Origin: Trichoplax adhaerens
Taxonomy: Eukaryota; Animalia; Placozoa
DNA length: 64,000 bases
Assembly (NCBI RefSeq): GCF_000150275.1
Contig: NW_002060946.1
Coordinates: forward strand, 987,562-1,051,561
Direction: 5' to 3'
The translations under genes were made by a program, and so were the position numbers. Shown piece by piece: positions 1 through 16,792 of the stretch; position 1 is the stretch's first letter; each line of letters starts with the position of its first letter. Below the pieces are notes generated by a model, which made no database searches, had not been told where the DNA came from, and worked only from the letters and a program-made list of their open reading frames with translations.

Positions 1-3000
1 TGATCCACTTCTATGTATTCGAATTTACTTTAAACTTGGACGCAACTGGCGAAACTTTATAAGCAATTTATCATTTCGATTAGCTTAGAACATGAAGTGT
101 TACAATAATATACGAAAAAGTTTTGTAGGCTACGTATTATTCCTCTAAAGCGTGTAATCTTGATTAGTATAGATTCTTATTTTTTTGGGGGGGGGGAATT
201 AGACAATAAAATCTTTTTGTATTTCATTACTACTGCGTGTCATGTGGCGGTTTCATGTCAATAATTTCTAATTTTAGAATATTTTAATTATTGGACCCAA
301 ATATACCCAAAACGATAGTCAAAAATATAACAAAATTGTTATAGCAATAGGTAACAACATATTAAATCCAATTTATTGGGAACGTAACCATGGTTATCTT
401 TTTGTAGCCATTATAAGCGTATAGAATTATACCGCGATAAATATATAAAATTTATATTTACTGTTTGAATTATTATTGACATGATTAATTAAATGATTTC
501 ACCTTGTAGTTATTTTTCATCTTAATCAAGAGCAAATGTTGGCATAATTGAACCCAAATTTATTTGATATTAACAATAATTTGATAGGTATCGATCGATT
601 CCAATATATTAGCATAAGATACCATAAAGAGTGGGGTATATTTATTTGCAGCAATGATTAAAAATGGAAGCAACAACTAAGAGCCCCCTAAGTAAATGTA
701 AAAGTTTCCTCTAAAATAAGTTGCCGCTCGAAATGGACAATAATTCTATAAGTGTCGATATCTGCAAGTGAATAGGTTCTACATCATTCATTATGGGTAG
801 TGTAATAAGTAATAACGATTTGTCAATCTCTTACTTTTACCACTTAGTATTATGGCTAGTGCAAGGTGAAAACAACTACGCATTGATCATGATGATATTT
901 AAAATTACCGCTAAGACAACAAAAATTAAATTAAAATATGATTGTACGTAAATCAATAGAATCACTTAATATTCCTTGACGTTATGAATATTGACATCTG
1001 ATACGTTGTTATTATTATCATGATTAAAATAGATTAATGACGACATCATTGATGTACTTTTGGACGTTAAAATTAGCCATCCTCTAGTTTACAATGCAGT
1101 CCTTGTAAACATATGGACGTTTATATACACCTTTTTGTGCACGCACAGAAGTATAAGTGATTATTACTTTATATATTATTAGCGGTTAATTAGTGCTATG
1201 AGGATAGATAAGTTTGTACTAGTTAGGATGATTTAAGTGCTGATTGAAAAAAATTAGTGATTACTGTATTCTATCTACTGATCCAAGGATGCGAGCGCAT
1301 CATTTCTGTAAAATGAATCACGATTTTGTCATTGATAAATTTTATCGGGCTGCATGATGATAATGATTAAATAATGCTCAAAATTTATCCTATCAATGCA
1401 ATCGGTAATTATATTGCAAAATTTGCAAGTTTGACCCAGATACTACTAACATTATTTACTAATTTTCCAAGTTGAGAAATTTTTCTATGGTACGTGTCTT
1501 TAAAAGAATAGAAAGTAAATAGCGGTGATCACTATAGTAATTAATTTTCCTAAACTGACAAATAAGGAGGCAATTCTCTTTACTGACCTCTAGCCATGAC
1601 CATAACTATGGTTGTTTATAAAGGTAGTTTCTATTATTTCAATGTAACCACCAAGACTACTGTCTGCATATAGTAACAGCATTCGGTAGAAGAAAAATAT
1701 AATAACAGAGGACTTGCTTATTTTTTATTCATTTATAGTCTAATGAGTTGATCTTTTAACAAATTAGACTTATTGAAGATATTGATTCACTAATGGCGGC
1801 AATAATGATAGGGATATAACATTTTATTCCTGACGACATTTTAAAGACGTCAAAGTTGACGATTACAATCTATCCAGTTACATTAGAATTGTTTTTAGCA
1901 GACTGATGACCGCAATTTCTTCTGTATAAGTAAATTGATTTTTAATTCGATCAATTTATAGAAAACAGTGCCAATAATGTGATTGAAATTTAGTAAATAA
2001 CAATCCTATCAAATTATTTGCATCTATTAAAAGTAGCCATTGATGAAATCGTAAATTAAAATACTACTTCGATCTATCGGTTTAATAACTAATGTCTCTA
2101 ATTCAAACTATTGACTCTATTTTACTTATATTATTCTACAAAGCGTAGCAACGGGTTTGGAACAGATAAAATGTAGTACACAATACGGACAATTATAGGA
2201 AATTTTAAATCATGTTAAAGAGTACCGTATCTATTGGCATCTGTTTCTTTTGCATGCATTAATCGAAATGATATATCAGTCGGCCATAATATGTTTCGAA
2301 AGCAGCTGTACACGTTAAAGTACTCTTTCTAATGCAAAAGTAATCCGGAATTAGTCGGCTATAATTTGTTTTGAAGGCGTCTTTCCACATTAAATTGCTC
2401 ATTCTAACGCGGAAATGATTTCATTAACGATGAATGTACATAATGTTACACCGGAAAAACTACCCTACTAAGTTTATAGTTTGCTATAGTGGAAGATACT
2501 CAAAGCTCATGAATGAAACGCAGCTATTATATCCTTAAGTATTCTCTCGCCTAAGATTAATGATTTCTTGATTTCGTGCAAAATTTAGCATTCTTCTAGG
2601 TTACTAGTAAAGTTCCCGTTCAAATTATTTGAAGGGATATATATTCTACACAAAGCAAGACATTAAAAGGAAATTCACAGCCAGATTATCTTACTACTGT
2701 ATATATATGCTTCCTCTAAGGGGTTACAAGGTCAAAAATATTCTTTATACTTAAATGATTACTATTTCGTTGATATCTCTAATTTCAGTTTTATTGCCAC
2801 AATAGAATCTTGCTTTCTTATGTAATCTATTCCTATCTTACTACCAAGGATATGAGTGTAAGTCCTAGCATGATTTTATATCTAGATTGTAGCAGCTACA
2901 GGTTTTTGATTCTTTTTTAAATCCTACTTCAACCCAAAGTAGTTAATCTAGTGCTAGATTACCAAATTTAAGCTATTTGCGAATTTAATTACTTTATGAT

Positions 3001-4734
3001 CATTACGTACTCCGTATTTATTAGACAAATTTAGATCTTTTAGACTTGACAAAGATGATTTTCTTACTTTGTTCAAGCAATTACCATTCATTGACTAGCG
3101 TTGCTTCGTAGTCCTAAGTTGAAAGAATTACTTACATTTCATAAATGATAATAACATGTGTAAAATGGCTGATTTAAGGTGGTGGCAATTTTCATCAACA
3201 CCCTGCTCGAAGACATTTTAAGCAATTAAATTAATTTTGTTGGTTTAGTTGATGTTGCTGTTCTCGCTTAGGGCCCTCGATATGAAATGCTGTATATGCT
3301 TGCATCAAGAAGAGAAAGAGTATTTTATGAGTTGCAAAGTGACGGAAATTCCTCAATTTGTTTTACTAAATATATCCGTATATGGGTAAGATAGTATTTG
3401 TCTATGCCGCTCTCAATAGTTCTTTTCAGTTGCGAGAATGGACTTTCATTTATATTGACACCTTAAGATACACAGTGACATGGGAACAGACCTATATTAC
3501 CATGTTGCATTCGAAAACCTGTATTTATTCCAATGCCTCAAAGTAAATTTAATCTCGAAAATAGAAAGGGAAATTCTGGTAGGCCTTCAAGATTTTAGGA
3601 CATTCAGGTTGGTAATTTAGTAGAAAGAGAACTTGTAAGGGGTTATGTAATAGTAAATTATAAAACGGTTACGATATTTACTGGTCTCTTTGAAGATTCA
3701 AATCGTGATGCATTACCTTATTTATGATTGCAATGACTTTTAAATTGGCATTCTGATAACGGAAAATTTTGCGCAATCAGGCATAAATTCTCTAGGAGTT
3801 TTGCAAAATGGCTGACCCCTTAGTACGGGTGAATTAATTTTTTAAGTTATCCTAAATCTGAGATGTAAGAGTAGAACTGGATGTTCCTTGCTCAATACGC
3901 ATTTCGATTTAGCATCCTACTGATTTGAGTTCACTCAAGAAATTAAAATTTTGTTTTCAGTTACACCCAATCTTTCAACAGCGTAGATACTCTCTATTCA
4001 TGCCAGTCGTCTAAACAAATTATTGACTCCAGACATTTTATATTAAATGCAGATTTTATACAGTAAATGGATGAAATTCATAACATCCTGTACTCTTAAC
4101 TTTTTCAACATACAACTGTCTAGTCTTAGATTATAATTATCAGAATTCGTTGACAGGAATCGTCGCATTGATTCTTTGGTAGAATGCTATGCAAATGAAG
4201 TATTATCGCTATTTTTGGCCATGAATAGTAATAGGTTGTATTAACAGTGACCAGATTGGCCAGTAGTACAGTAATAATGAAATAGAACAAATGTTGTAGC
4301 ACAGTACATTGACTTTTAATGTGCAGTAATAGTTTAATTTGTATACGAGTATATATATATTGTTTATCATTCGGTATTGGAATAGTTATGGTCGAGTAAG
4401 TTTTGCTAGTATTTATTTGGATAAACGTATAAAATTAAATTGATTGCAAAAGGATATATCCAATAGATGGACAGTTTACTGTTGTGTTGATAGAAGTCTT
4501 TCGTCAAGGAAATTTGATTTGATCTGTATCGATGATACTGTGGTAGAGTATGGGGTTTAATAATAGTCCATAAGGGCTAACAGTCTGTATTATGCAAGAT
4601 GGATATTTCAACATACTGATGGAATGCCAGGTTGGATGTTGTAGGTTCCATAGGTTGTATCCTATGATCGACATGGCAGGTTGATGTTGCTTTGTATCCA
4701 ATACCCTAGGAAGTTGACCCACTCTAAATTTTAT

Positions 4735-5205
4735 TTAAAATGTTAAATCCGAAATATTGACGTGATTGGGAGGATATTTAAGTAGTGAGCATAACTGCTT
4801 AAATCGACTTCTCAGCTTGGATAATTCTTCTGTTAAATGATGGATATGATTTTGTTGGAAGGTTTGATTATAATGTTGTAGCTGAGCTTGTAACGCTTGC
4901 AAGCATTTGGTTATTTTAATTTGTTTCGATTTTACACTATTGGAGTCTAGCGAATTATTCAACAGTACTGTCTTATCCGATTCAATCATTGCTAGCCAAG
5001 TAGATACAAAACCTGAATAGAATCCGATCTCAGCGGCTAACTGTGAGCCTTTCTGACGCCCAATCAACATGCCATTCTGATATCCAATCTCTCCACCTTT
5101 CTGGACACCAGCTAAATAAGCGTTCTCTTGTCTTTGATTTGCAGCTAGTATTATTTCATCAAATAGGTCATCATTTTGTTGACTATTAGCGTTAAAGGGG
5201 TCCAT
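4735..5205 (-). CDS. LTO1: LTO1/ORAOV1 homolog (Yae1_N-domain adaptor for Fe-S maturation of ABCE1/Rli1); CDS in one ORF
   Basis: 156-aa ORF with N-terminal DDLFDEI, the Gly-periodic GxxxG tract (AGVQKGGEIGYQNGMLIGRQKGSQLAAEIGFYSGF) and C-terminal LRSRFKQLCSLL...LTF, as in ORAOV1/Lto1. Confidence 0.88.
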   Translation of the reverse strand: MDPFNANSQQNDDLFDEIILAANQRQENAYLAGVQKGGEIGYQNGMLIGRQKGSQLAAEIGFYSGFVSTWLAMIESDKTVLLNNSLDSNSVKSKQIKITKCLQALQAQLQHYNQTFQQNHIHHLTEELSKLRSRFKQLCSLLKYPPNHVNISDLTF

Positions 5206-6500
5206 TGACGTTGATGCATGCAGGACGATCGCAAATGAATCCAGTAAAACTCGTTATTAAGCAATGATAGACAGGAGTGCCTTACCGAAAGGATATTTGT
5301 GGAGGTAAATTCTACTTTACAGATCGCGTTATTAGCAGTCGTCGACTTTGCTGCTATACCACCAACTAAAGTAATAGTTCAGCTAACATGGCTGCTTCTG
5401 TTTCCGTACAAGCGTGTCTCTACTGCGCTACAGTATGGCGGCGAGGCTTTTATGGGAGAGTTCTCTATCCAGTATTGACTATATGGTGTTCTATGCAGGT
5501 ATCTGAGTCGAGTACTGGCACTGTTGAAATCGAGCAGCTGCTGCACTACATTCTGTACCAGTGCGTCATTCCAACTGTATGTCTGTAACCATCCACTCTT
5601 GTCTCGGAGTCATGGACAGATGGACTACTAGAAGAAGAGCAACTCGAGCAACTCCCTTCCTCAGACAGACGGACTTTTTTTTCTGATCAAATAAGGATGC
5701 CAATATGGAAAAATGCTTTTACTTAGCATGATCTTCCGTGTCTGTTTTCGACATCACTGGTACTAATTTAATTAACATTGACAATCTTATATAGCTGTTT
5801 CCAAGCAGAACTTAGCAAAAGATTGGACATACTATAGCTTTATGTAGAAAAAATTAGTCCATTTAAAACCGATCGTCTGCATACTGAAGTACTGTCCTAA
5901 CGAGGCGTTTGGGTAAAATAGTTTGACCAGATGAGGCTGAAAGTGTCTGTCTGTCCAAGCGTGATCAGTCCAGGTCTTCTTCTCCGTAGTCCATCAAAGG
6001 TGCTGCCAGGTTGGTTTTGTAAAAAAGTGCCTTGGAAGGCTTTCGGTGGCAGAGTAGAGCAAGATGACCAGGAAAAGGACAAGCCGGATGCTTTTTTTTT
6101 ATTGCACTGAATAGGTGTTTTAGAAATCCCTAGTACGAATAGAGGGGGATATCCTTTGCTATCGCAGTCTGTAATTGAAAAGGAATAGGATCCCAATGCA
6201 ATCCATTCTACGTACCTATTTGACTACAGCAACAACCACCTCTGTTGCTGTCCTTTTCCCCTTCAAGTTTGATTATAATAGGAGCAACGATGAAAGTTTC
6301 CTACCATACAGTATTATTTGACGGAATCTAGAAAGACATCGACACCAAAGGATCGAGTCTATTTCTTTGAAACCTTCTATTTTACACTCTGCACTTCCAA
6401 ACTGACTTCTAGTCTGTACAAGTCCCACGAAACGTACCGTACAAAGGGTGAAGATTGCAATTTGGAAAAAAGAAAGGAGTAACAACAAAAAGAAGAATGA

Positions 6501-6650
6501 TAAAATATGGCACAGTGCATCAAAGCCATGGCACAATAATGTAGAATTTTTCATTCTTGTATCTGTCAAGCAATCATAAAATATGGCAGAGTGCATCAAA
6601 GCCATGATATAATTTTGTCGAATTTTTCATTCTTGTATCGGTAAAGTCAT
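6501..6650. repeat. Two-copy tandem duplication, ~76-bp unit
   Basis: TAAAATATGGCA(C/G)AGTGCATCAAAGCCATG...GAATTTTTCATTCTTGTATC starts at 6501 and again at 6577. Confidence 0.9.
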
Positions 6651-6787
6651 ACTGTCTTGTGGTTGTTAGAGTACTGTATGGGTAGTAAATTCAACGATCG
6701 CCTTAACCCACTATGATGGCAAAAGAATAGAAAAAGCAAATTTCACCCCCCTCCCCTATGGGATAGAGACGCTAGAACTACTGTAGG

Positions 6788-7217
6788 CTACAGTACAGTA
6801 CATTCTTTACAAACCCAATTGTCACCCCCTGAAAGTACAGAGCGTGATCTTTTTCGTTGCAGATTATTAATTAAGTACTGTAAATGCTTTAATATTGATC
6901 AAATCATGTAAAAAGTAATTTCAAACGATAGTGTATTAGTTGAAAATTTCGAATCCGTAGTTCAATTTCTGTTTTATATAGCACCTGCGGAATAATAACT
7001 AAATAAAGGCAAATTTTGCTACAGTACAAGGTAAAATCCCAATTTGGTTTTTTACAGTCCCCTTATTTTATTTCAGACCTACAGTACAGTACAGTACAGT
7101 ACAGTACAAACCAAACTTGCTTCAGTACAGTACATACACTGTACAGTACATGTACTCTACTGTACCCAGGGGGTGACATTTGGTTTGTAAAGGGTCTACA
7201 GTACTGTACTGTAGACC
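6788..7217. mobile_element. MITE-like inverted-repeat element with CAGTA-rich ends
   Basis: 6805-6831 CTTTACAAACCCAATTGTCACCCCCTG is a near-perfect reverse complement of 7167-7192 CAGGGGGTGACATTTGGTTTGTAAAG. The flanks CTACAGTACAGTAC / GTACTGTACTGTAG extend the inversion. Internal (CAGTA)n at ~7080-7107. No TSD identified. Confidence 0.5.
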
Positions 7218-7269
7218 AGGAAACGACTGTGGTGAAGCGACACAAACACGGTAGCGTGAGGTCCGTTCT

Positions 7270-7360
7270 GCTTGCGTCACGTGCTGTTGTTGATGTTAGA
7301 GTTGGTGCCTGAAGCAGGATGATTGACTTTTCTTTTTGAGCATGCGCACTGCCATTTTCC
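7270..7360 (+). promoter_or_regulatory. Candidate housekeeping-type promoter, probably of KAT6
   Basis: CpG-enriched patch with GTCACGTG E-box (7276-7283), NRF1-like TGAGCATGCGCA (7337-7348, 1 mismatch) and YY1-like GCCATTTT (7351-7358). The KAT6 ATG exon is preceded by a splice acceptor (TTCTTTCTAG ending 11640), implying an upstream exon. Confidence 0.45.
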
Positions 7361-9312
7361 CACTGGGCAGTTTTTTTCTTCTTTTCAGCGAGTCATCTGT
7401 ACAGTAGACTGACTCCAATCACAACTCCAACAAGATCCTAACGCCATTGCTTTTTTTTTTGGTCATCCATGATGGATTTTTCTCCATTTCGCTAATGGTA
7501 TCCATGAGTAGTAGCTATCCTAGACGGACTCTATAATACTTTTGTATATCTCGACGGTTTCCTGGACAATCGATTACAAAGATAGAATCCATTTGATCGA
7601 GGTAACGTTGAAGAAAAAGCCATTATCCATAAAGGATTGTTATTTCAATTGACTGCATCATTAGTCTTGAAGTTGTCTTTTTATTTTTGGTTATTTTTGG
7701 ATCGTCGTTTATTCAACTCTACGTTGGAGTAATGTTGTTCTGTTGACATGCTTGCCTTGATTCATTGAGTCCATGCTAGGAAAAGATATCCATTGCTAGG
7801 AGTAAATGTAGAGTAAATCCTGTAGTATCGTACAATCGATGAAAAGACGAGATTGTAAATAGGGAGAGAAGATCCAGTTCAATGGCCATTGACCATCGAG
7901 TAAAGTGCCATGTCGACTGTCAAGTCCAATCACTCTAGTGATCAGTGGACTTAGTACAGTGCAATAGATCGGTCGTCTAGTGTAAAAGTATCTTGAACTT
8001 TGATTGAAACCTTGTCTATTTTCAACCTTGTATCTTTTAGCCGTAGAAAGGAATAGTGCAGGTAATCACTCCAAAGCAGCCATCTTCAATATCCCAGGGT
8101 CATCAACCAGTTTGATCTATATCCAGTCATGGATACTCCTTGACGATTTTCTTACCTTGTCGAGTTGTAGGCATATAGGAAAGCATCATCGACGAGTATT
8201 GAAAGGGGGTGCAAGTGTTTCTCAATCTTGATCAACCACTTTGGACTATGAAATGGTCGATAGAATGTCAAGATTGTATAGTCGTTTACTCCTTACAACA
8301 AGGATAAAATTCGAGCTACATTACTTGATCATCTGCTTTAGCCTAGTTACGATAGTCTTCTTGATTCGTCATAGTCGTATCATTGCCAACTAATCTGCCA
8401 ATAGTCAGTGGACGCCTGCCTTCTTTTTTTACCGATCTTTTACACCTTGATAATGAACATCAACAACTTTCATGGGCTACATGACCCTACTGCAAATAGC
8501 GTTACAAAGTCATGAATGAATAACTAGAATATATCTACACTTATCTAGTGTTGCAAGAAAAAAACTCAAGTTCATATCGTCACAAGTGTCGAGTCCCATC
8601 TTTGCTAGTTAAAAGGGCCCATTTATCTACAAAATGTCTTCATCATCGTATCAGATATGGTGTCGCCATATCCATCGCTAGACAGACAATAGTAAGCCAT
8701 CAAGATACTGTGCTTGATACACTATTTCACTCGACATCAAGCGTTGTCCAAGTATTCCCTTTCCTAGGACAGTCATGATCAAACGTTTTCCTCTGGCAAT
8801 AAATACCTATTCCACTTGTATAGAGACTAGGAAAAAAGAATACCCTTAGCTTTAGTTGAAAAACAACAATAATAGCCTGAAGATTTTGGAACAAGATAAA
8901 GTAATACAAAACATCATTTTAATAAAATGCTTGATGAAAAATTGGCCTTCTCCGTCTGCTGTTGTTATTGCCTTGTTGTTGTTGTTGTTGTTAGTAGTAA
9001 TAGTGTCAATTGGCCTAGTTGTCTTTACAACACTCGATAGGTGATCCATTTTGCCAACTTTTCAATTCCAACCCTGTTCAATCTCATATTTCCTGTCGCT
9101 TGTTACGACTTGAAATCCCCTTTCTATCCTAAATAAAACTGTTGATGACTATCAGTAGCAAATAGAAAGCTGAAACTAGCTCCTCAAGTACAGTTCTAGC
9201 TGATCGATCATCCCTTTATCAGCGGTAAACTAGGATAACTATGGATGGATGAAGAGGAATCCATCGATCGATAGATAGTATACTGCTACAGGGGAATGCT
9301 GTAGTAGTAGAA

Positions 9313-9705
9313 GCGTATTCACTTTCCGATAATTCAGTTCATGTTGAGAGAGAAGAAAAAACAGTCTTCCATCCTACAACAATTTATCATTTCCTTCTTT
9401 CTATTCCATTGCATAGCAATGTCATAGGATCGCTATGGACTGAAGTAAAATTATAATTATTTTATCCTCAATTGAAATACCATACATAACCTATATCCGT
9501 CGTGTATTGTACTGGGTATAGCAGAATCGTATTCACTTTTTGGATAGTTGAAAGTGAATGTTTAGCGAAAAATAATTGAAGATCCTACAACAAATTTTTC
9601 ATTTCCTTCTTTCTATTCGATTGTATAGCACTATGATCGGATCGCTATTTAACTGAGGTAGAATCATTATTATTATTATGATGATTATAATTTTATTCTC
9701 AATCG
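9313..9705. repeat. Diverged two-copy tandem duplication, ~215-bp unit
   Basis: Shared blocks CGTATTCACTTT, ATCCTACAACAA, CATTTCCTTCTTTCTATTC and GGATCGCTAT...ACTGA occur at ~9314-9470 and ~9528-9700. Confidence 0.85.
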
Positions 9706-11650
9706 CAATGGAATAACACATCTGCATCCTGCCCAAGCTATAAACCAATCGACTCAGAATATTCCTTGCCCATCGTCATCCTTGATTGCTAAAGAATAAA
9801 TAGTGCACTTTTTTTTTTACAATCAAGAATTAATATCAGTTACGGTATTGGATTTTTATTTATACCTTGTTTATAAACTTGAGAAAGAAAATGATATATT
9901 AATCGTTTTACAATCAAGTCTGATAATCATACACCTAGAAAGGCGATTGTCCTCTTCATGTTAACACAATGTTTTATCATCGATGGATAATAAAAGTGCT
10001 CCAAAAATGAAAATCATTAATGTAATGATTTTACATCTGTATGCACACTGTAGTGACTCGTTTGATAATTGAATATTTGCTGATGACTTATAAATGATTT
10101 ACAAGTTATTTTATTTTAGTACATGCAATAAATTATAGTAGATTGATTACCATAAAATCACTCTACTGACCCAATCCTAATCAGTATGATCCTTCTAGTA
10201 CAGATTGTCTGACATTTCGCCATATACATACAATCGATTATTTTTACAATTTCTTACAGCACAAATCGTAATGTTGTTATTCAATGTTGATAATGAATTC
10301 TAATCAATCCAATAGACTCTAATTACGAAGACAAATTCATTATTTGTAATAAGGTAATTAAAATGATTTGACGATTGAGCATATGGAAACGTATTCTAAA
10401 TCAAGTGTTTTACATGATGGACGATTTGCGCTCGTTAAATGTGTACTGGATAAAGACGAGTGTTGGGTCAAAATTTGAGTAATGCAATACTCTTGACATG
10501 ATCATATGAGTCTTGTGCATTATACAATTATTGATTTTTTTAATTTTTTTTTATTCTATCTACTCGATTGCACTCTGTATACTCAGTCAATGTGCACACT
10601 GTAGAGCTTGGAACATGGTTGGATATATGAGCGAAATATCCTTGCATACAGTAATAATGGCTTTGATTTTTAGGATAGAAAGTTTCAACTGTCTTTCGTG
10701 AATTCACTACGCTGAAGACAGATACAGATCCTGTATAGGATTCAAAATGACATTCAATGAACATGAGATAATACCAAGATTATATCGCCATTGGATATCT
10801 ACTCTAATTTATCTTCCAAATTGAAATGGATAACGCAGTATTAGTATTGAAGTCAGCTCTTTTAATTTTTGACTATCGTAGTACTGTATTTGCATTTGCA
10901 CCTCCCCCCTTGTTGTTGGATGGATTATTACGCATATGATTGATATTATTATTATCATAAATGATGGGCACAAAGTGTCCGCGAGATAATGTCAGCATTA
11001 AAATGATTAAAGGTAAACATAGCAAATTAAATGGACAACGGCAAGTCAAGTGATTAATATTTAATGTTGCCATTTTAGAAAGGATTAATATCTCTCTCGA
11101 CAGATTTGTTGAGGGATATCGCTTTTATTGAATAATAATACTTCATTATAGTAGTAGAATTAACAAATGCGATTTACAATAGGCTTAAATTGAAAACTAA
11201 CCTTGAACACATGGACTATCAAAACTTTTATTTATTGATCAGAGCAATATCGAACTCGAACTGAATCTGATCACATTCAGTATTAAATGGATATTGCAAT
11301 ACGTAACTCTTCCTTTCAAGATAAATCAAACTACATGCTGTTTTCTACCACATTAAATAATATCCAATCTCAATATTTCCAAACAAATAATGCTTCAAAT
11401 CTTAATAACTAGATATATATTTTTGACTATCATAGCTCTGTGTCCTTAAACGTCCTTTTTTTAATTTTGGTGACTTTATTTTATTCTTGCTTCCATTTTA
11501 AAATAGGACGATAAGACTTACGTATAAGAATAATAACATCTTATAATTATCTTTGCATTTCTTACGATATCATTTTCAATTGACTCAGTCTATTTTTAAT
11601 TTTAACAAGTATTATATCGAATTGTATGCTTTCTTTCTAGTAAATCTTTA

Positions 11651-16205
<4,555 letters not shown>

Positions 16206-16769
16206 TGAGCGAATATGCCTCCTAACCACTTACTAAATTGGATATATAGTTACTTATATTTTCTGTATTCTTTTAGACTGTAAGAAAAAGTAATATAGTC
16301 ATGTTAGCTGCTTATGATTGAGCAATTGCGCTAAATAAAGTATGGGATTAGGAAAATTAAATAATTATTCTAATCACTAGTCAGTATATTATTGATTTTC
16401 CGGTTTAAACGACTAGTTTGGATTTTTTTGCATTGGTGATGGCTAATGGCTCAAATAAATTAGCATTATTTAATCTGTTTAATGATAACGTCACCATCTA
16501 TCAAATTTCAAGTACACGTATGTGTTGTATTAGTGAAATTTGGTATAGGACGAGCCAATCAAAATAACAGACCACTTTCGGTTGTTCCATATGACTGTTA
16601 TTTTGTTTAATAAGGTTGATGTGATAACTTTTCAATGTAGTTATCGTTGTATTGATTGCTATAGATGTAATTGCTTTGAAATATTGTATATTGCATAGCA
16701 ATTTCATAACTGCAAAGAAAATTAACCATCTTTATAGCCTAAGAACTACTTAATATTTTTATTTGTTAT

Positions 16770-16792
16770 TATATATATATATATATATATAT
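16770..16792. repeat. (TA)n microsatellite
   Basis: About 11 TA units read directly. Confidence 0.9.

Noticed and set aside
1-4500. Possible small exons in the first 4.5 kb and in 5400-6700
   Set aside because: Isolated splice-like signals but no phase-consistent chain or recognisable peptide; cannot be supported or fully excluded.
7016-7312. ORFs with YSTVQ/YCTV repeats (also 56612-57053 and 57678-57936)
   Set aside because: They are translations of the CAGTA/TACTG DNA motif, open on both strands, with no protein-like features.
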